From assembly GCA_002256025.1 (NCBI GenBank), contig NKIB01013547.1:1-55797 (forward strand): a DNA stretch of 55,797 bases. The letters run 5' to 3'. The notes under the pieces are model-generated. The model searched no databases. It was not told the DNA's origin and saw nothing but the letters and a program-made list of their open reading frames with translations. The DNA is from Asterionella formosa. Lineage: Eukaryota. Numbering within the stretch: position 1 is the first letter of the stretch; each line of letters starts with the position of its first letter. This document shows, in pieces, positions 49,716-55,797 of the stretch. Both the position numbers and the translations under genes were made by a program.

Positions 49716-50400
49716 GGGGTGATCTCAACAGAGATAGCAGAGTACACATTTTTTGCATCTAAAAAAATTCGAATCTTTACAGAGATACATTTCACAAATA
49801 TATCTCAGTAGCTCTAACGTAAAACAGTTTGCTGTCTTTTCGCGTCTCCTCAACCATGTGCAACTGACTCAGCAAAATTTGAGCTAGTAAAATGTGCTTC
49901 AATTTTACCAGCAATTTGTCTCATGATGATCATTACTCCAACAACTATGACAAATCAACCAGAAGAACCTGACAAGTGCTGGGCTGTCATTGACAATTTT
50001 GATTCAGAACAGGAAATATAAGACCAACAGAGCTTTATGCTTCTTGCAGCAGTTCCATTTCCTTTTGGAATTCTATGGAAACTCGAAGTCAATGCAATCA
50101 CCATAATGGGAGTATCAATGACTTGACTGGGTCAAATGATACTAGTATGTGACAAAGCTTCTCAATGAAAAAAGATTTCATCATGAATATCAGCTGCCCT
50201 TTCAAGCTTTCAATCGCCTACTACTAGAATAACGTCAACCTTGCATCATAGTTAATGCTGTCAAATCAAATGCAAGTTCCAATATGAACACTAAAAGTCA
50301 GCAGATTTATCCAGAGTTGATGCTCACCATTCTTGGCTTTTACTGACTTGTTGGCGGAAACCTCAATGATATTTACCATTTCTAGGGGTGTATAGAACAT
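49716..50400 (+). pseudogene. Left end and N-terminal remnant of a PIF/Harbinger transposase
   Basis: TTA|GGGG start. The frame RFHHEYQLPFQAFNRLLLE*...IYPELMLTILGFY*LVGGNLNDIYH matches the Harbinger F..YRM...F..L and PEL.L..LR.LAGG..DI pattern. Confidence 0.65.
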
Positions 50401-50424
50401 TAGTTGTGTATGTTGATGTAAATA

Positions 50425-50820
50425 ACAGTACTTCATTTGCAAAAGGGTCGTTCAGAAAATCAATTCATATTCGCCCTCAAGTTCTAGTCGTTGTCAGCAA
50501 ATTTTATTCGTAGTGAGCAGTTTCTATTCATAGTCAGCAAATCCTATTCGTAATCAGCGAATTCTAATCATAGTTAGCAAGCAAGTTCTAAATGTTAGCA
50601 TGATTCCTAATTGTATTCCAAAGCAAGAAGACAGTTTGCTGAATCGTTTGATTCTGCGAATCATTATCAGTTAATAAGAGCAATGTTTACCTAAATTACT
50701 TAGTGAATATTTTTTTCATCGAAAGCTGGCCTATCATCTCGTCTTGCAGGTTGGGATGAATCATTGGGAGTGAATTGTAACTGAAAAGGTGCAAATAAAA
50801 CGTGCACTACCGCACCTTCC
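50425..50820 (+). mobile_element. Terminal fragment of the long-TIR family
   Basis: Reverse complement of 18860-19210, ending ...GTGCACTACCGCACCTTCC. Confidence 0.8.
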
Positions 50821-50922
50821 AGGACAGCGACTGTGATGCATGTATAAAATTATATGGAATCGTTGACTGTTCATCTATTTTTGCTCTTTCTTTAAGCCTG
50901 ATCCTTGTCATACGTGCTAAAC

Positions 50923-51422
50923 ATGAATAACGCGAGAGAACAATTGGATCGATTGCTAGCGTTTGATGCTGGTGCATCAGTCATATTTGGTGTACTTTCG
51001 CTCGTTGCTCCTCATGGTTTTTTGGCTAAATTAGGAGGAGGTTTTTACAATCATGACGTCCATGAGATTTTGAGGTGCGTTCCATGTGAATTTTTCCGGC
51101 GGGATGGTGCATTGTATTTACTCAAATCGTTCGCAGAATCTATGGTTGTTTGCGCGTTGCGTCCGGATGGATTTTATGGCATGTTCGATTTGTCGATGAC
51201 GGAAAATTTCGCAAGTCGGTTTGCGAAGCCCAATGTTTTTGTTATGTTTTGCAGGCCCTTGCGGTCGCCAGGGGTCAGTTTACTGATCGACATACATGGA
51301 TTAACTGGGTTGCTATTTTGGTTATGGTGATGTTAGCATCGGTGTATGGATCATTTAGATTTCGCAAAGGTGGGAATTTGATCAAAATATACGAGTTACC
51401 CACATCTAATTCGCTGGCTTGA
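50923..51422 (+). CDS. Small multi-pass membrane protein (weakly TP53I11/PIG11-like); intron 51075-51136
   Basis: The splice HEILR|IYGCLRVASGWILW joins two ORFs into ~145 aa with about 4 hydrophobic segments. Confidence 0.75.
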
Positions 51423-51876
51423 AGGCCTATGCTACAGTTAAAATATCTTGCCATTTACGGTTCATGAAGATAACAAAAGTTTCGATTCATAGACGACTGC
51501 GCCTTCGGGGTTTCGTGGAGTGCCTGCAGCCGGCGTCGGTCTGTGTTAAAGAATCAACAAACGACCTTCCAATTCGAACTGCCGTTTCGCCTTGGGTGCC
51601 GTCTGCTAAGGAAGGATCGAGAAGGGGAACGCTGCAAATTGCGTGTATGTATGCATGTCAGTTGCCAAGTAAATGAGTAGAAATTCTTAAATAAACCAAG
51701 GGTATGGCCGTGGTTCATTGTTTCCTGAAAACACAAGGGAATGATAAACGCTCTATAGATTAAAGTTACCCATAGCATTTCATTTTATTCCTAGGCTTGA
51801 ATTCGTCCAATATTGAAATGACTCAAGCTCCCAATGATCCCAGGGAGAACTCAAAATTAAAATTCAATCGAAAAAA

Positions 51877-54656
51877 TTAAGTTTGATAGACAACATTGTC
51901 AACAATCATCAATTTGTTGTTTGACTCCAACGCATCGATAGCAGATTGTACCTGTGTTCGATCTGCAATATCCTCGCAAATCTCGTCCACTGTAAGTCCT
52001 TGCTCCCCACGATTCCTAGTCAACTCATCCCATACACGAGCTTGAAGGTCTGGTGAAGTACTGGATGATTCTTTATCCAATCTCCTGCGCTTAGGGTTAT
52101 CGTCGCCTTCGTCGACGTCACTATCATCAGAAACAGTTGGTTGCTTGTCATTCATTGTAGTCGACAGGGGGGGTTCGGTAACTTCGTTATTCTCATGATA
52201 AAGAGCAAAGCTGAGAATGTCCATGGCAGCTGCGCAGTCGATTTCTGCTTCAACAATATTGCTTAGTCGAGCCTGAGGAAATGAGAAAGGAAAGCTGGTG
52301 TGAGATCCAATTTACAACGGCATTTTAGCAAAGACAAACTGACAACTAGTCTCACCTTTGCGTGAGCACTTGCAAGACGAATGACAGTCTCCAAACTACG
52401 TGCTGTCACTGGAAGAGTTCGCTCGTCCTGACGACTTCGCATCTCGGCATAGCGGCTGGCAATGTATTCACGGGCAGAGTCTGTCAACGACGGCTTCATT
52501 CGCGTTTTTGCAAAATGAAGGAACTTTCGCAAGAAGTCGTGTTGCAGGACGTCACCAGCATGGGGGTCGTCGTTCTCGATAGCTTGTGTAAGTGTGTACT
52601 CTTGATGAGACGAATGTTGCGAGCGCGCCCAGATTGAGTGGACTTTAGGTTTGCCGGTTTCGTCGTGAGGGGCAGCTTCATCATCCGAGTCGTCGTCCTC
52701 ATAATCACTGTCACGACCACTTAAGCCGTTGCCTGGTCGATATCTGTGCCCACGAATAACATGAGATGCAATCTTTCGATCAATGTTGGGGTCAAGTTGA
52801 TCGAGAACGACGAAAAGCAAATCGAAACGACTCAACAAGGAATCAGGTAATCCAATATTTTCCTGTATTCGTTTCTTTCGGTTATATTGGCCGTACACGG
52901 GATTGGCAGCGGCTAGGACGGAGCATCTAGCATTGAGACTGGCGTGAATCCCGGCCTTTGCGATAGTGACGGTTTGCTGTTCCATGGCTTCATGAATGGC
53001 GACACGATCGCTTTCTCCCATTTTGTCAAATTCATCTACGCAGACCAAACCACGATCAGCGAGAACCATAGCACCAGCTTCTAGTCGTCTCTCTCTAGTT
53101 TCGGGGTCTGTGGTTACAGCAGCTGTCAAACCGACACCAGATGATCCCTTTCCGGTTGTCGAGACTGCAAGGGGGGCAATTTGCATAGCGGATCGCAGTA
53201 ACTGACTCTTGGCAGTTGAAGGATCACCAACCATTAATATATTGATATCTCCACGAAGATGTGTTCCATTTTCAAGATTCTTCTCCACTCCAGACAGTAA
53301 CTGCAGCGCCAAGGCTTTCTTGATTTCTTTGTGACCATGAATCGACGGTGCAATGCTACGACCAAGGATGTCGAGAATATCCTTTCTCTTTGCCAAGGTT
53401 CGGATGGTGCGAACGTCCTGAGGCGAAAAAGTCAAATGGCTCACATCTCGACCCAAGACTTGAATGTTGTTGACTAGCACCACCGTCCTGAAAAGACCTG
53501 AATGCGAGGACTGTCCATTCGACGTTTGAGCCAACGCTCTGTATACCCCGACGACTTGGACGCGATCTCCGGGCTTAATGCGATCAACCAGATCATAATC
53601 CAAGACTAATTCAATGGAACGAGGCAGTTGCCCCATGGGTGCCCGCTCCGGCATTTCCTGCAAGGTAATAGTCTGGTAGTCTTTGTATGTGGACAGTCCG
53701 AATTCGGTCTCCAGAGAATTTCCGTCCTTATCTTTGGTTGGGTAAACCGATGAGGTGATGTTGATCATTCTATCAGGTAGTTCCCTACCGGCTGCATCAA
53801 TAGCTTGTAAGCCTAGTTGCGGGTCCGTAGCGTCCACGTATTCACGGCTTTCGTGTTGTTTTGTATTGGGGCAGTAGTGCACAGATTTCACGATTTTTGG
53901 TTTAACTGTTGAAACCTACGTTGCATTAAATTTGGAATAACAATAAGCAAGGAGTATTGAATTGAATGGCAGTGCCAAAAACACATGATACGTACCTTAG
54001 TGGCGACACCTTCGACACAAATTAGCTGACGAAGCGACGAGGAAGTTAGCTGTCGTGGACTGGAAGGTTCGGCCCCGATCGGTCCTGCCAATGCCACTTT
54101 GATTCGCACATCATCCTTGTCGTAACCAGGACGTTCTTCTGAGGCAATGGAATGACAAGCAGCTTCGAGAGCACGCAAGTGTCGCAGGGGATCCAATCGA
54201 AGACGCTGTGACATGGTAATATCTTCTGATCGGAGCTCTGACATGCTGATTCTGTTGTTTTGCGAGCAAGAAATTTTGTGGTGAGTTAAACCACGCAGCG
54301 ATCGCTGGAATGAAAGGGTAGGTACTCTGAAGAATTGGAAGGTCGCGGTGTCTTCCTAGAACCTAGTCAAACTTAGAGCTGTTCAGCCAAAGTACTTTCT
54401 ACGTACCTGATCCTCGGACATCCCCAACCAACCCCATCAGTAGCGTTCTTTCCGCCTTGCCCTCTCGATTGCTGGGCATAGTCATCAACAGCAGTCGAGA
54501 TGCGGTCTACGAGGCCATATCTCTGTAAATCGATGATAAGTTATGTAAGTCACGTGAATCCAGGTGGCACATGGCGGAGGAATCGTTCGCATTGCTCACC
54601 TCTCCGCGCAGGAAATCTTCATAGCGGGCACGAAGCTCGTTCAGAGTATCTGTCAT
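51877..54656 (-). CDS. MCM3: DNA replication licensing factor MCM3; introns 54523-54599, 54252-54406, 53916-53995 and 52273-52355
   Basis: [68 protein letters not shown] and [17 protein letters not shown]. All introns are GT-AG and keep the frame. Confidence 0.96.
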
Positions 54657-55344
54657 CCTTCTCACTCAACACCAAGGCGAGGACACAACAGCCAAGATGA
54701 AGCTGAACAACGAATTGAAGACCTTGAGTCCAGGATTCGAATAATAGCCGGCGCTGCTGCTCTTGATGCGAAGGACGAAACAACCTGGGACAACTATATG
54801 CAGCGTTAGACTACCGGTTTCACAGGTATATACGTATCGAAACGAGAAGCACAATTCAAAAGCATTGTCAACATCATGCACCACTCGAGACAGGATGTAT
54901 TCCGTACGTAAATCGACGGTTGCTTTCTGCCTCCTCTGCTACTCTTTTGGCGCAGCACACTGTTATTCAAACACACCAATCAAACCTGCGGATGACGTCA
55001 GCAAGATGCCGGAAAACGGTGCGGCACCAAGCAAGCTACCGGTTCACAATTACCGGTATGACGATGGCTGGTCGCACACAGGGAGGGCCTCCCCTCCTGA
55101 GCGGCATTTTGTGCGTACACATATCAGACCGCAATATTATTACTACCGGTATTTGATGCCCTCTGGCCTTGTTGCTTGTCATTTTACCAGTGCCTGCAAA
55201 TGCAAGAAGTTGCAGTCATTTTCCTGATATGGACGATTTGGTGCTGGACAGGCACATACCTCATGGTATGTGGAGAACGTCTTCAATTCATAGCACAATT
55301 CAGTGAAATAAGTAGTTGAATTCTTCGTCCAGACCACCAAAATG

Positions 55345-55440
55345 ATAGAACAGCATTTCAGGGGCTTCCAGGAAATGGCTATGACTTCCAGGAAATGTAA
55401 GAAAACATAAGGAAATGTGTTCAAAAGTCAGGAAATGTGC
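55345..55440. repeat. Short degenerate tandem repeat (TTCCAGGAAATG-like)
   Basis: CAGGAAATG or AGGAAATG recurs about 4 times. Confidence 0.5.
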
Positions 55441-55797
55441 TATTTTCCTGATTGTTCCAAAATTCGGTTTTCTGGCCAAATCGATCAAAGCCACTTATTC
55501 GAATACATTAGTACTGTGGTTAAAATTTGTTGGGATTTGAAATTTGAACTACCAGGTAGAATCCACAGCATCATAAGAGTTGATAAATTATTTAGTATGT
55601 AGTTACCACACATATGATGTAGTACTAGTATCATGTGCAGTATAATATTTTTCACCTGTCAGTCTGTATGATCAAATTGACATCATCTGGGATCACCATA
55701 CATTTATAAACAGCATTTACTGGAAAAATGGACCATATTATTGAAATGCTGATTCATATTCTGTTTAGTGATTTTCATCATCATGCTTCCAGCATTC

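Noticed and set aside
54564..55227. Plus-strand ORFs divergent from MCM3 (EAEQRIEDLESRIR...)
   Set aside because: They overlap MCM3 exon 1 and its promoter, start at non-ATG or weak codons, and show no family motif.

Overview
Eukaryotic nuclear DNA, most likely from a diatom. The evidence is short GT-AG introns of mostly 57-115 nt, ASAF-type bipartite plastid presequences and a CryptonS-like remnant. About 14 protein-coding genes sit in compact islands: NOP56, THOC3, LSM5, a small RRGS-motif protein, plastid RsmG, a HIG1/Rcf2-like protein, kynurenine aminotransferase, ClpP, a UEV-domain protein, AKTIP, a PhyH-type dioxygenase, AMP deaminase, Polo kinase, a small membrane protein and MCM3. AT-rich spacers between them are packed with nested, decayed transposons: MITEs, PIF/Harbinger derivatives, plant-type mariner, a Crypton tyrosine-recombinase remnant, solo LTRs and a tRNA-like Pol III unit. 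There is an assembly gap at 47348-47926. The most unusual signal is a window-wide set of mixed-orientation arrays built from TA-C(n)G-TA units (TACCAGGTA, TACCTGGTA, TACCGGTA, TACTGGTA, TACCGTA). They cluster just upstream of most genes. Comparing repeat copies inside the window suggests the units are de novo insertions at TA sites, as expected for accumulated transposon excision footprints. Exon boundaries were inferred by eye and protein identities from remembered family motifs. No database search was run.
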